This document shows positions 52,079-64,000 of a stretch of DNA of 64,000 bases, piece after piece (position 1 is the stretch's first letter; each line of letters opens with the position of its first letter). The position numbers were made by a program, and so were the translations under genes. The notes below the pieces were generated by a model. It searched no databases. It was not told the origin of the DNA and was given only the letters and a program-made list of their open reading frames with translations. The stretch is from Octopus sinensis (lineage: Eukaryota). The DNA is taken from NCBI RefSeq assembly GCF_006345805.1, contig NC_043002.1, positions 15,500,001 through 15,564,000 of the forward strand, in the 5' to 3' direction.

Positions 52079-52090
52079 TATTATTACTGA
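51561..52090. repeat. (ATT)n/(GTT)n compound microsatellite with higher-order modules
   Basis: Directly visible. Confidence 0.95.
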
Positions 52091-52483
52091 TAATATTTGA
52101 AGACAGAAAAACCTAGAAGAGATTTGTTTTAGTAACGTTAATTTATATCTTGCTTTTTTTTTGCGGCATTTTTCAGCAATGATCAGCAAAATTTGATTTC
52201 TAAAATTTTAAATTTAAAAAGAATGTGAGAAGATAAATACTAATTTTCAGAAATGATACAGATTGATAAAATACAAACCGTAAAACAATTTATAGCATTA
52301 ACAAACATATTTATATACTAATTTACGTACATTAACTGAATATGTGTCTTAATTATAAAATGATATGAATTACGGTGCTTAATTATAATGAATCATACTA
52401 GAGCGTAATCAGATTGCGTAGTGTGTATGCAAAATTTGTCTTCTTTTCATTCAAATTATTTTGGCAGTGATCGTTGAAGCACT

Positions 52484-52545
<62 letters not shown>

Positions 52546-52713
52546 GTATGCAAGTTACTACACCTGGCCTTATTTAATTATAACGTTTATAAAGATTTAA
52601 TACAGTTTAAGTTGTTAATGGAGCTCCAAATTACTACGTATATATTTGTGATGTTTACATATCAATTTACACTTTTTCTCCGGGTTTACAGATACGTAAA
52701 TATATATGTATGT

Positions 52714-52749
<36 letters not shown>

Positions 52750-52756
52750 TATCTAT

Positions 52757-52838
<82 letters not shown>

Positions 52839-53167
52839 TGATAGATAGATAGATAGATATAGATATATATATAAATATATATGTTCGTGTGTTTGTGTGT
52901 GTGTGCGTGTATATATATCGTTGTATTATGTTAAACGTTATATTATGTCCTACGTCCAAATTTGGGCAAATTCGTTTTTCAATATTTATTTTTGCTTGCA
53001 ATAGACGGATCTTTTGGTCGAATTATCGTATCTCCAGCTTCATCAGATGCCAAGATATCAAAGCTTTTCAAAGTACAGTATGGAATGTTGAAACTATTCC
53101 ATTTTTCCGAAAAGCAAAGTTTTCGATTTAGAACACTTCTGCTCAACAGCAAAGATATATCTATCTA

Positions 53168-53209
<42 letters not shown>

Positions 53210-53211
<2 letters not shown>

Positions 53212-53496
53212 CGCAGAAGGGGCTGTGTGGTAAGTAGCTTGCTAACCAACCACATGGTTCCGGGTTCAGTCCCACTGCGTGGCATCTTGGGCAAGTGTTT
53301 TCTGCTATAGCACCGGGCCGACCAATGCCTTGTGGGTGGATTTGGTAGACGGAAACTGAAAGAAGCCTGTCGTATATATGTATATATGTATATGTATACA
53401 TATGTATATATATAAGTGTGTGTCTATATATTCGTGTGTCTGTGTTTGTCCCCCTAGCATTGCATGACAACCGATGCTGGTGTGTTTACGTCTCCG
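53210..53496 (+). mobile_element. SINE family A, 3'-truncated
   Basis: Head, core and part of the body match 26985-27240. Confidence 0.85.
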
Positions 53497-54332
53497 TGTC
53501 TCATTATAAACAGAGTAAGAAATAAAGCACAAAATATGGGTATATTTCTGTTGTTCTTTATAATCGGCAATTTAAGAGTTTTGTAGTCTCGCATTTTTCA
53601 CTCAGACAAGTTCCACTGCTCGGAACTTTAAGTCACTCAATCACTTCTGCCCGTTATTGCTAAAATCATACACACATGCTCACACACACACACACACACA
53701 CACATACACACACAAACACACACACACACACACACTCACAAACAGCCACCCATACACGCGCACACATACATACATGTGTGGTGTTGTATGATGTTTAAGT
53801 GGTGCGTTTTGTTGAGTTTTGACGAATGAAATTCTAACGGCATTATTTTTGTTTGTTTTAGCTCTCAGTTCCTTAAGATGTATCAGATAGCATATGGATT
53901 TCTGGAAAAGTACCCACCGTTCACTGAGATGCTACGCTGTTTTTAAAATATAGTTGGAGAACGATTTATCTGTTTTTGATTTACTTTCGAGTTATCCATT
54001 GTAAGTCAACTGTGACGTTCTACCTTCATATAACTTCCTACGCGCAAGTACTTTCCGAATTGTGCTCTCTCTCAATTCGTTCTTACTCGATCTCAAGTGG
54101 AATTGCACAGTAACGGATACAATACCAACAAATTTACATTTACAGATTACATTAGTACTCGAAATCCATCCATTCAGGCATGTCTCTGTAGTTAACGAGA
54201 ACGTTTTCTAGCTACGAGGTTTGAAATTCAATCCCACTGCCTGATATATGCAGGTGGTGACTTCAACTATTGTTCCGGATCGATCTCCAAGCCGTAAGTG
54301 AAATAGGTAGAAAGAAATTGTGACGTATATGT

Positions 54333-54390
<58 letters not shown>

Positions 54391-54620
54391 ATATATATAT
54401 ATTATATATATATATATTAATAAATGGAATTCCAACCTTGTCTGATTTTCACGTTTTATTTACAATCTTAAATAAAATAAAATAAAATAATAGAATGTTA
54501 AATGTTCATTCTGATTGAACTAGTACTTTCATGCATTAAATTCTGCAATCTTCAGGTTCATGTAGTAGTGGTGACAGTCATGCTTCACAATTTTTGACCG
54601 TCTATATATATATATTATAT

Positions 54621-54671
<51 letters not shown>

Positions 54672-54769
54672 GTGTGTTTGTGTGTGTAAAGTTTGAATGT
54701 ACTGTGTGTATAGTGTGTATAGTCTAAATGTACTGTGTGTATATGTGTGTATAGTTTAAATGTACTGAA

Positions 54770-54925
54770 TAATGGAAGTGGAAGACAAGTGCATGAACAA
54801 CAAGCAAGTGCTTGGGTTTGACGCTCGGGAAAAATGAATCCCTGTTACGTTTCGAGCCTGCGCTCTTCAACAGAAAAGGATATAAAGAGGGAGAAAATAG
54901 ACAACAGGAAATAACCATAAATGTA
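54770..54925 (-). mobile_element. PLE terminal fragment with a minimal hammerhead-like motif (A6U)
   Basis: Minus 54873-54846: CTGTTGA-A-GAGC gcag GCTC-GAAA-CG-TA. Confidence 0.5.
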
Positions 54926-54954
54926 GTGCAGCATGAATGAATGTAGGTATGTAT

Positions 54955-54991
<37 letters not shown>

Positions 54992-55709
54992 GTGTGTATG
55001 TGAGGTAATGTAGTCAGAGAGGTACCTACATATATTTACTTATTGCTTGATAGATTTGTTCTGAAATTTTTTTAGCGGAATGTTATATGTCACCGGGTAT
55101 GTTTTGCGTTTGCGCGGAGGTTTGGAAAGTTAAGATATACAAACCGTTAGATCTACACGTATTCTAACTCTCTGTGCATCTAGGATTAAGAAGGCTTCCT
55201 ACTGACGAACCTTGCCTTAGCAAATATATTCTGTCTGTTTGCTAGAAAGAGGTAGAAACTGATCCGTCTGGGATATATCTGTAATGGTAAATATTTTGAT
55301 TTTCATTCCTTCCTTGAATTTATCCCTTTTTGTGTCTCTAACACTACGCTTCCTTATTTGGAAGCATTTTATTATATATTTACTTAAATAAGTGTGTTTT
55401 CTCTATTGACAACTGACGTGGGTTTGTCTGTTTCTTACTTCGGTTTAGTGAATTCAATAAATAAAAGATATATAATAAAAAATATAATGATATACGCATG
55501 CATACAATTGTATGCATTGGTATGTATTTCCATGTGTGCATGTATGTGCTTATATGTATTTTTGCTTCTATGCAAGAGTATCTGTACGTGCGTAGAGTTT
55601 TTTGTACGCCTAGCATGATCTTTTTTACATCATTCTCTTCTATTGATTTCTATGTGGGTGTGGGTGCAACTGATACTGAAATTGACTACCACTTTCGGAG
55701 AGTGAGCTC

Positions 55710-55791
<82 letters not shown>

Positions 55792-55877
55792 ATTATTATT
55801 ATTATTAGTATTATGTTATTATTATTATTATTATTATTACAGTATTATTGTTGTTGTTATTATTATCATCATCATTA

Positions 55878-55908
<31 letters not shown>

Positions 55909-55913
55909 CATTA

Positions 55914-55995
<82 letters not shown>

Positions 55996-56030
55996 CATTA
56001 TTGTTATTATTATTATTATTATTACTGATT
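55710..56030. repeat. (ATT)n microsatellite
   Basis: Directly visible. Confidence 0.95.
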
Positions 56031-56308
56031 ATATTTGAAGCCTTTTATGGTATATAAGCTACGAAGGATTCCTGATTTGGTGTGTATTTGGTGTGTAATT
56101 GTGTGTATTTGCTTTCAAAATGCAAAAAATGTGCAAAGGGCATTGAAGTTTTCAGGTTTTAGAGACACAGCGCAATAATCCACTAATCTACACATGCATT
56201 CTGTTTACCACACGCATGTATAAGCATACACTGATTACGACATGTATATATATATATGTATATACACACATAAATGTATATATATATATACATATCTACA
56301 TATCTACA

Positions 56309-56343
<35 letters not shown>

Positions 56344-57536
56344 GTATATATATATATGCGTGTGTGTGTATAGATTGGTATAGATATAAATAGATATACA
56401 TACAAATATGTATGTACATATAGACATTTATATATACGTATATATTGATATATATATATATATATATATTGAGAGAGAGGGGAGAAAGAATATATCGTAT
56501 ATATAGAATATGTATATAGATATATACGTACGCACAAATACACACATTTACGAATACATACGAGCACACGCACACACAGATATATATATATAGTTATACA
56601 TGTATGCCGATGCATATGGATGTTTCTGTGTCGATGTATATATGCGAATGTGAGTTCACGACTAATTTGAAATTATAGCTCCAGTAAAAATACATAAAAT
56701 ACGGAGATACACTAAATGCAATTTCAACATGAAATGATTTCCCTCGTATGCTGAAATGTAAAACTTTTCATGCAGTAAATTTGCAAGCAATATAGTCTGT
56801 ATGTAATATCGCTTTTATCTCCGGGCCGTTTTCTAACATTAAAATTCAACTAATATAGAGATCAGTTCGATGTTTTTAAATTTTCTTCCATTTATCGTTC
56901 AATTTGAAGCAAAGTGTAAAGAAAATGAGACACTTTTTTAAGTGCTAAATATTTTTTTGTAAGCCCACGACAATAGGGCATAAGTTATTGCACTAAAATT
57001 ATTTTACTTGTGAGTAAATAACTTCTCTGCCTTTGTATATGATTTAGAATAAGGTAAAATATTTTCTGTTCTTTAATAGAATTTTTTTCTGAATCTCTTG
57101 CACAATATTGAGCGCTTTTTAATTTTTTTATATGTATCTTTATCGCTGTCATTTCCTTCTCTATCACATTGAATTAGTTTTTCATTACCCAGTTTTTGTG
57201 TATTTATGGTTTCTTAAATAGTATTTTCCCTCTAGCAAGTTAACTGACGTTTAAAATATGTCATTAGCTCTTGTTTTGTATTTTATATTTTCATCTATAT
57301 TACGTGGCCTATTGTTCCTGATTGTTCATAGGTGGTAAATGCGTGGTACTGGTTTCAATATATATGTATAAGCGCGTTCTATTATACCACCGTCGTTCTT
57401 CAATATCTTGGCAATCGCATTCAGTTGGGGATAACTGTGCGGGATCATATCGCACACATACATACATACATATATGTGTATACATACACAAATAAATAAA
57501 TAAATAAATAAGCTTGTGGGCGGGATAATAATATAT

Positions 57537-58790
57537 CAGTATGAGTAAAAAGTAGGCAACGCTTTAAACAATGAAGCATTTGTAACGGATCTTTGCAGAA
57601 TTTTAAGTGTATTTTCATCCAATTTTTTGCAATTGTTTGATAATAGATATAATGGTCTAATAATAGACATAGATTTGCCCAAACGCATCAATAAATTAAC
57701 AATGACATTTTTTCACTTTTGTTACAAATGAAATGGAATTGCCAAAGTGCGATATTCGAGAAATTTTGCTCTTCAACCTCAAACACAGACGTAAACAACT
57801 GAAACTACTCACGATATCAACGAAACGTTTGGTGAGGAAATGATCAGTGAGTAGTTAGCTCGAAAATGGTTTAAACGATTTCGCAGAGGAGAGCTGAGAC
57901 TTGAAAATCGTGAGCGTAGTGGACGCCATCAATTAAAGACGGTCATTGTTAAACATCCACGGGAAATCAGTCGAGAAGTGACAAAAGTGCTTCAAATTAG
58001 CCGGAAAACTGGCTGCAGTAAATTGCATGCGATCGGAAAATCAAGAAAGGTCGACAACTTGAATGAAAATCAGAAAATGTGCAGATATGAAAATTGCACG
58101 TTGCTTCTTGTTCGTAACCAGACCGATCAATTTCTCGTCTGTATTGTAACATGCAATGAAAAGTAGATTCTGTACAATCATAGAAAAAAACCTTCTTTGC
58201 AGTGGTTGGACCAAAATGAAGCAGCAAAAACCTTCCCTAAATCCGAACTCGTCAAAAAGAAGGTTATGATGACTGTGTAGTGGTGTAGTGCTGGCCTTAT
58301 CAGCTATTGCTTCTTGAAACCCGGGAAAAGATATTATTGGAGAAACAAAGTGGCATGAATTTGCCAAAATGAACGAAAAATGAACTGCAACTCCTCTGTA
58401 TCAGACTGGTCATCGGAAGAGAACCAATAATTCCTCGTGGCAATGCTCGACCAAACCCCTGGCTAATAGTGCTCAAGAAGTTGAAGGAACTTGGCAACGA
58501 AGTTCTTCTTCAACCATCTTATTACCCAAACCTTTCTCCTACCACTTCTTCAAGCAAATTGATGGTTTCCTGCGCGAGAAGTTCAAAAATCGAACCGATG
58601 CTGAAAGTGCGTTCAAAGAGTTCATCAGCTCCAAAAATCCAGATTTTTTATGTTACCGGAATAAACAAACATGTAATTCGTTCGCAAAAATGTGTTGATT
58701 ATAATGATACTTCCTCTGATGAATAAAATTTCCGCATTGTTGAAATATATTGTGGCGAATTTCATATTTCAAAACGTTGCCTAATATATA
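57537..58790 (+). mobile_element. Mariner element, near full length, transposase pseudogenised (~57733-58726)
   Basis: MELPKCDIREILLF..DINETFGE..ARKWFKRFRRG..LEN.ERSGR; IVTCNEK*ILYN; KKVMMTV*W; GNARP; LLQPSYYPNLSPT; imperfect TIR core TAGGCAACG(C/T)TTT at both ends. Confidence 0.85.
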
Positions 58791-59036
58791 ATATACTCTT
58801 CCGTGAAATTAAGATCAACAAAGAACCACTGCGTCTGGTTAGCGATAAATATTGTTAAATAAGCACAGTATAAATTTCCATGTGCTTCTAATATTTCATG
58901 CGATTTAAACGACTCAGACAGCAATTTTATAACATGTCTGGTGCTTTCGTGCAATCCTCAGACTATGTCCATATGGCATAAGAGCGAAAACTGGACGACA
59001 AAATATGAGAAAATACGAGAAAAATTTGAAAAGAAA

Positions 59037-59293
59037 GTAAAAAGAGCACGGGCTACTAACCTCAAGATTCGGAGTTCGATTCTTGGCAGTGACCTGAATA
59101 ATAATAATGTTAACAACAACAACATCGAAAAATACCTTAGTAGTGAGAACCCAGGTCCGAAATTTCCCCAAGACACGTGATGAAGCCTGGAGGGTATATC
59201 AGCCGAAACGTTGTATTAACAAATAACAAGATGAGTAGAAATATGCCTGGAATGTAAATAATGTACATAATTCCATATCTCTTAAATATAGAA
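59037..59293 (+). mobile_element. tRNA-headed SINE family D with minimal hammerhead, 5'-clipped copy
   Basis: B box GAGTTCGATTC; GACAC-GTGATGA-A-GCCTG..CAGCC-GAAA-CG-TT at 59172-59212; same tail as the 37696-37978 copy. Confidence 0.75.
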
Positions 59294-59307
59294 ATGAATT
59301 TCTTGTA

Positions 59308-59720
59308 GGTGCAGATGTGGCCGTGTGGTAAGTGGCGTGCTTACCAACCACATGGTTTCGGGTTCAGTCCTACTGCGTGGAACCTTGGGAAAAATGTCTT
59401 CTACTATAGCCTCGGGCCGACCAAAGCTTTGTGAGTGGATTTGGTAGACGGAAACTGAAAGAAGCCTGTCGTATATATATGTATATGTGCGTGTGTTTGT
59501 GTGTCTGTGATAGCCCTACTCTAACATCGCTTAACAACGATGCTGGTGTGTTTACATCCCCCGTAACTTAGCGGTTCGGCCAAAGAGACGGATAGAATAA
59601 GTACTAGGCTTTACAAAGAATAAGTTCTGGGGTCTATTTACTCGATTAAAAAGGCGGTGCTCCAGCATGGCCACAGTCAAATTACTGAAACATTTAAACG
59701 AATGAAAGAGTAAAAGAATA
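59308..59720 (+). mobile_element. SINE family A, full-length copy
   Basis: End-to-end match to 26985-27389. Confidence 0.9.
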
Positions 59721-59994
59721 CTTGAAAACGAACGGAAATGGAAAGAAGAAAAGAAAGAAAAAAATGTCTTCAGCTTTCCACTTTTTATATTTACTTGTCT
59801 GCCGCCTCTTCTCGTTACTGTTGCTGTTATTCTATGGCCATATTTTTGCTTGTTATACAAACTGGGGAGATTTAGAGACTTGCGTGTAAGTACCTGACGT
59901 GTTATAACATATCTGAATGGTTTAAACTGCATGGAACTATTAGTAGCGCATGAAAACATTTACTAAATTTACACACACACACACAAACACACAC

Positions 59995-60041
<47 letters not shown>

Positions 60042-60053
60042 ATATATATATAT

Positions 60054-60347
60054 GGCCTAGTGGTTGGGGCAGCGGTCGCAGGATCGCGGTTTCGATTCCC
60101 AGACCGGGCGTTGTGTGTGTTTATTGAGCGAAAACACCTAAAAGCTCCACGAGGCTCCGGCAGGGGGGGGGTGATCCCTGCTGTACTCTTTCACCACTCT
60201 TTCTGCCACTCTTTCTTCTGTTGGCCTGCTCACTTAGCCAGCGGGGTGGCGTCATTGGAAGGCTAAAACAATGCGAATGCATTGTGACCAGCGATGTGTA
60301 ACAGCATCTGATGGTCTGGTCGGTCACGTGATCACGTGATCACGTGA
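60054..60347 (+). mobile_element. tRNA-derived SINE family B with (GATCACGT)n tail
   Basis: Head as in 22893; tail ..ggtcggtcacgtgatcacgtgatcacgtga; inserted in (AT)n. Confidence 0.88.
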
Positions 60348-60371
60348 TATATATATATATATATATATAAT

Positions 60372-61255
60372 GTGGGTGTGAAATAACTAGGCCTTAGTAA
60401 TTGCTTATAGAAATTTTATTAACACTGAAGTCCTGACGAAAACACTTTTTAAAGGGACATCACTAATGGGAAATTCTTTACTTCATATTGTCGTATTACT
60501 AATTTATTATTTTCCAGATGGCCAGTCATTCGATTGTTCAGGAGGGGGCTAAGATAGCAGCACGCTATGAAGTGTGGAATTCCATTGCTTTGAGAGTTGG
60601 TGGCATGCCTGGAAAGGTAAACATGCCACACTACGTCCAGAGACAATAAAAATTTGTCATGCAAAGTTAATGACCACGGGCGCTCTGTGAACGGCGCAGC
60701 AGGTCGACATCCAACCATATCCCGATCAGCGGAGAACGTGGCAGCTTGCAGTCAATGTTTAATCGCAGCCCGCACAAAAACAAACAATAAAAAAGTAGAC
60801 GAACAAGACCCAAGACGAACGGTACTGCATAAAGAAATGAATTTTCATCCATGGAAACCCCATCACGTGCAGGACCAAAAATTGAAGACTGTGACCACAC
60901 AAATCCAGAAGTTCAGAACTTCAAGAAGTTTAAATCTGACTCAATGACCTTTTTACCTGTGGTGTTATACACAAGTAACACAAGAAAAACTTCCCACACT
61001 GGAGGACTTGGTGACACTGATTCAGGAGGTTCCGAATGATATCCCAGACGACGTCTATCAGAAGCTTGTCCATTCCATCTTTGGCCGTTTGTGGAAACTG
61101 GTTGTCGCCGCTGGTACTTACGTTGAAATATGAAGATTTATTTCCATTTCCCCATGTAATACAGAACATGTATACATTTTTTTCAATAAATTTATAAAAG
61201 GAATATGATGTTTATTACTACTTTTTCCTGCCTACTTACTTTTCACCTACCCTGT
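60372..61255 (+). mobile_element. Decayed Tc1/mariner-superfamily element
   Basis: Right end is the reverse complement of TA-CAGGGTAGGTGAAAAGTAAGTAGGC and the left end is similar; PWKPHHVQ and C-terminal IPDDVYQKLVHSIFGRLWKLVVAAGTYVEI*. Confidence 0.55.
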
Positions 61256-61303
61256 ATATATATATATATTATATATATATATATATAATATATATATATA
61301 TAT

Positions 61304-61567
61304 ATCACATGATCACGTGACCGACCAGGCTATCAGATGTTGCTACGCAATACGCTTCTCATTGTTTAGCCTTCAAATGACGCCACCCCGATGGCTAAGT
61401 GAGCAAACCAACAGAAGAAAATGTGAGAGAAATAGTACAACAGGGATCACCCCCAGCCCCTCTGCCGGAGCCTCATAGAGCTTTAGGTGTTTTCGCTCAA
61501 TGAACACCCTCAACGCCAGGTCTGGGAATCGAAGCCGCAAGTCCGCTGCCCCAACCATTGGGCCATT
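61304..61567 (-). mobile_element. tRNA-derived SINE family B
   Basis: Reverse complement of the 60054-60347 type. Confidence 0.85.
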
Positions 61568-61619
<52 letters not shown>

Positions 61620-62161
61620 ATTATATATATATATACACACACACTCAACCATACACACACATACACACATATATATATATATATAAATATATAAATATTT
61701 ATATATATATATATATGTGTGTGTGTCTGTGTCTCTGTGTGTGTGTGTGCTTGTGTGTGTTGTATGCATACATATAGATATGCATATATACACCATGGGA
61801 TTAAAGTTTCTACTGAAAGGAACTACAGCCGACTAACCGGCTATCGGGTCACACTGAACCTCGTTGCAATAAAATTTAACTGGTTCATGCATAGAAAACC
61901 TGGTCTATCCAAACATTAATGTGCCCTTGTGTGTTATATGATAAGCTAAAAGCAATACGTAATATGAGATAAGAGGGGAAAATAATTTTACTAATACCAT
62001 AGAGGTTTTAGTCTGAAGTCTTGAGGTATCAGTTCTTTATCAAATGACTTTATGGTTGTGTATGTGCAGCACAAGCACACACACAATCACATACACACAT
62101 ACACACACTAATACACGTACATCCATACACAGATACATACATCTATATATGTATATATATA

Positions 62162-62392
62162 GGTGGTGAGCGGGCTGAAACGTTAGCGCGTCGGGTGAAA
62201 TGCTTAGCGGTATTTCGTCTGTCGTTACGTTCTGAGTTCAAATTCCGCCGAGGTCGACTTTGCCTTTCATCCTTTCGGGGTCGATAAATAAAGTACCAAT
62301 TTCGCAATGGGGTCAATATAATCGACGTAATCCCTTTGTCTGTCCTTGCTTGTCCCCTCTATGTTTAGCTCCTTGTGGGTAGTAAAGAAATA
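62162..62392 (+). mobile_element. tRNA-derived SINE family C
   Basis: Matches 47618-47850; B box GAGTTCAAATTCC. Confidence 0.85.
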
Positions 62393-62529
62393 TATATATG
62401 TATATATATAGACACATATACCTACCTACATACATACTGACATGCATACATATAGCGACGTGTACTGCCCTTACCTAAAACGAAAACAAGGCAACAGAGG
62501 CTTAACTTCGATCTAAAATGCCTTTGGAT

Positions 62530-63480
62530 GTTGTATCATATCCCTTCGGCAACACCTTTTAAACATCGAATATTGAAATGCATCCCTTGAGCAAGTTTGC
62601 ATACGTGAGGCTGATGGCAACATAAGACTTAGAAAGCAGCTCCTTGAGAAAACTTCCTCGTCTGGTAGCCTAAAATAAATGACCAAAGAAGTTGCACGAC
62701 TCTACAGCAATGCATCATCAGATGGAAGGTCGAGTATATATGATCTGAAGACTTTGCATGGATATGTAAGCAGAAAGCTCTGAGATGATAGTAACATTGA
62801 TCATGAAAGCAGTTTATCATGGACCAATAACCGGATTATTACCTCCCAATTTGAAGGGCATGCGTTTGCAATCCAGGAACACGAAATACCAACCTGAGAC
62901 ACAACAGGAACAAAGATTCAAGAAAAGCAGTAAGATGTGATAGCCGATATAGACTATGTGGCGATAACACCGAAAATAGTCCAAAAATGTAATCTAGGTA
63001 TGAGATATGATGTTGTAGCTTGGACACTCTATAACGAAACCCGTAGGAAAGATAATCCAGAAGACCAACGAATAGCAACTCACAGTATAGAAGCCATAGC
63101 CACTCATGATAGAAAGAAACTGGTGGAATGTCAAAGTGAAAACCTCAATAAAATCTATGCATAACAGACCTGATATAATAATTTTGGCTAGTGAAGGGCA
63201 ACTGTGTAATGTTGCAAAAAATTAGCTGCCCTGCGGGTGTAGACATAAGTGTCAAGATCAGTGAAAAAGAGAATACCAACGCTGAACTATTGAGAAATCT
63301 GCAGTTACTTTATCCAGATTACAAATTTAGGTTTATATCTGTAATTATCGGGTCCCTGGGATTTGTACCTCACTGTATAAATACCAATCTTGAGTAATTA
63401 GGAGTATTAAAAGCAGATAAGTGAAAGCTAATTCGAAGGCTACAGATCTCTAAAACTTTCCAGAAGTTTATAATTTAAAT
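62530..63480 (+). mobile_element. Decayed R4/Dong-type RLE LINE, C-terminal part
   Basis: HGYVSRKL..SQFEGHAFAIQEHEIPT; NRPDIII; SCPAGVDISVKISEKENTNAELL..FISVIIGSLGFVP. Confidence 0.75.
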
Positions 63481-63687
63481 ATATAAGAACATGTCTAGAT
63501 ATGCAGCTTTATGCATGAAAATGCAGAAATGAAACAAAACATACAAAACTCCACATATACACACATACATATCAACAAAAATACCATGTTGTTGATGTTG
63601 AAATTCCAATGAAGTAGCTTTGCATTTATGTTAGAAACATGCTTTTTCTCTATTGGCAAGAAAGCCTGAAATAAAACTGAATAATGG

Positions 63688-63953
63688 CACACACGGTTCA
63701 TTAGTTACAGCCTTGGGCCCATAATCATGAGGTCCGGAGTTCGATTCCCGGACAGGAGTGTCTGTTGTCTTTTTGATGAAGATACTTTATTTCACGTTGG
63801 TCTTCTTCACTCAGCTGTAGAAATGAGTAGCGTACAGAGGGGAGGTTGATATGCAGGTGCCCCTGCTGGTCTTTTATAAAACAACTTAGCCCGGACTTGT
63901 GCGTCGGAGGTAGTCTGCAGTCCCATGGTCATTCATGATTGAGGGTGTTTTTT
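63688..63953 (+). mobile_element. tRNA-derived SINE family E
   Basis: Head with B box GGAGTTCGATTCCC followed by a core-like cactcagctgtagaaatgagt segment; single copy in the window. Confidence 0.55.
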
Positions 63954-64000
63954 ACTCTGTATATACAAACACAAACATAGAGAGAGAGAGGGGGGAGAGA

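Noticed and set aside
51484-52189. Poly-I/L/Y/N ORFs (also 55498-56057)
   Set aside because: Trinucleotide microsatellite translations.
52995-53055. Minus-strand CTGATGA-A-GCTGG..CCAAAAGATCCGTC as a functional hammerhead
   Set aside because: Probably an HHR relic, but G12 and part of stem II are missing and helix I does not pair; not listed as a feature.

Overview
AT-rich, microsatellite-saturated eukaryotic DNA. The SINE families and repeat landscape look like an octopus (coleoid cephalopod) genome; this is an inference from recognised repeat sequences. No host gene can be called with confidence; there is one candidate 120-nt coding exon at 14083-14202. Almost all ORFs in the supplied track are microsatellite translations or frameshifted transposon pieces. 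Recognisable content: Neptune-type Penelope-like elements (PLE; RT + GIY-YIG, best copy 16804-19507), four decayed R4/Dong-type RLE LINE remnants, one RTE and two CR1/L2-like LINE remnants, a Gypsy integrase remnant, four Tc1/mariner remnants and five tRNA-derived SINE families. The main discovery is a dense set of type I hammerhead ribozyme (HHR) motifs. The centrepiece is a non-coding array at 41022-43404: about 3.2 tandem copies of a ~592-bp unit joined to an inverted ~510-bp copy, with four complete-core HHRs (CUGAAGA...GAAA...GUC, perfect 6-bp helix I, palindromic helix III). It resembles a retrozyme or non-autonomous PLE that should self-process into ~592-nt monomers or circles. Also found: a tRNA-headed SINE carrying an HHR, U3-A8 compensatory-core HHR variants in Neptune 3' ends, further solitary HHRs, and a SINE/LINE shared 3' stem-loop with covariation. 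All alignments and folds were done by eye, and element boundaries are approximate.
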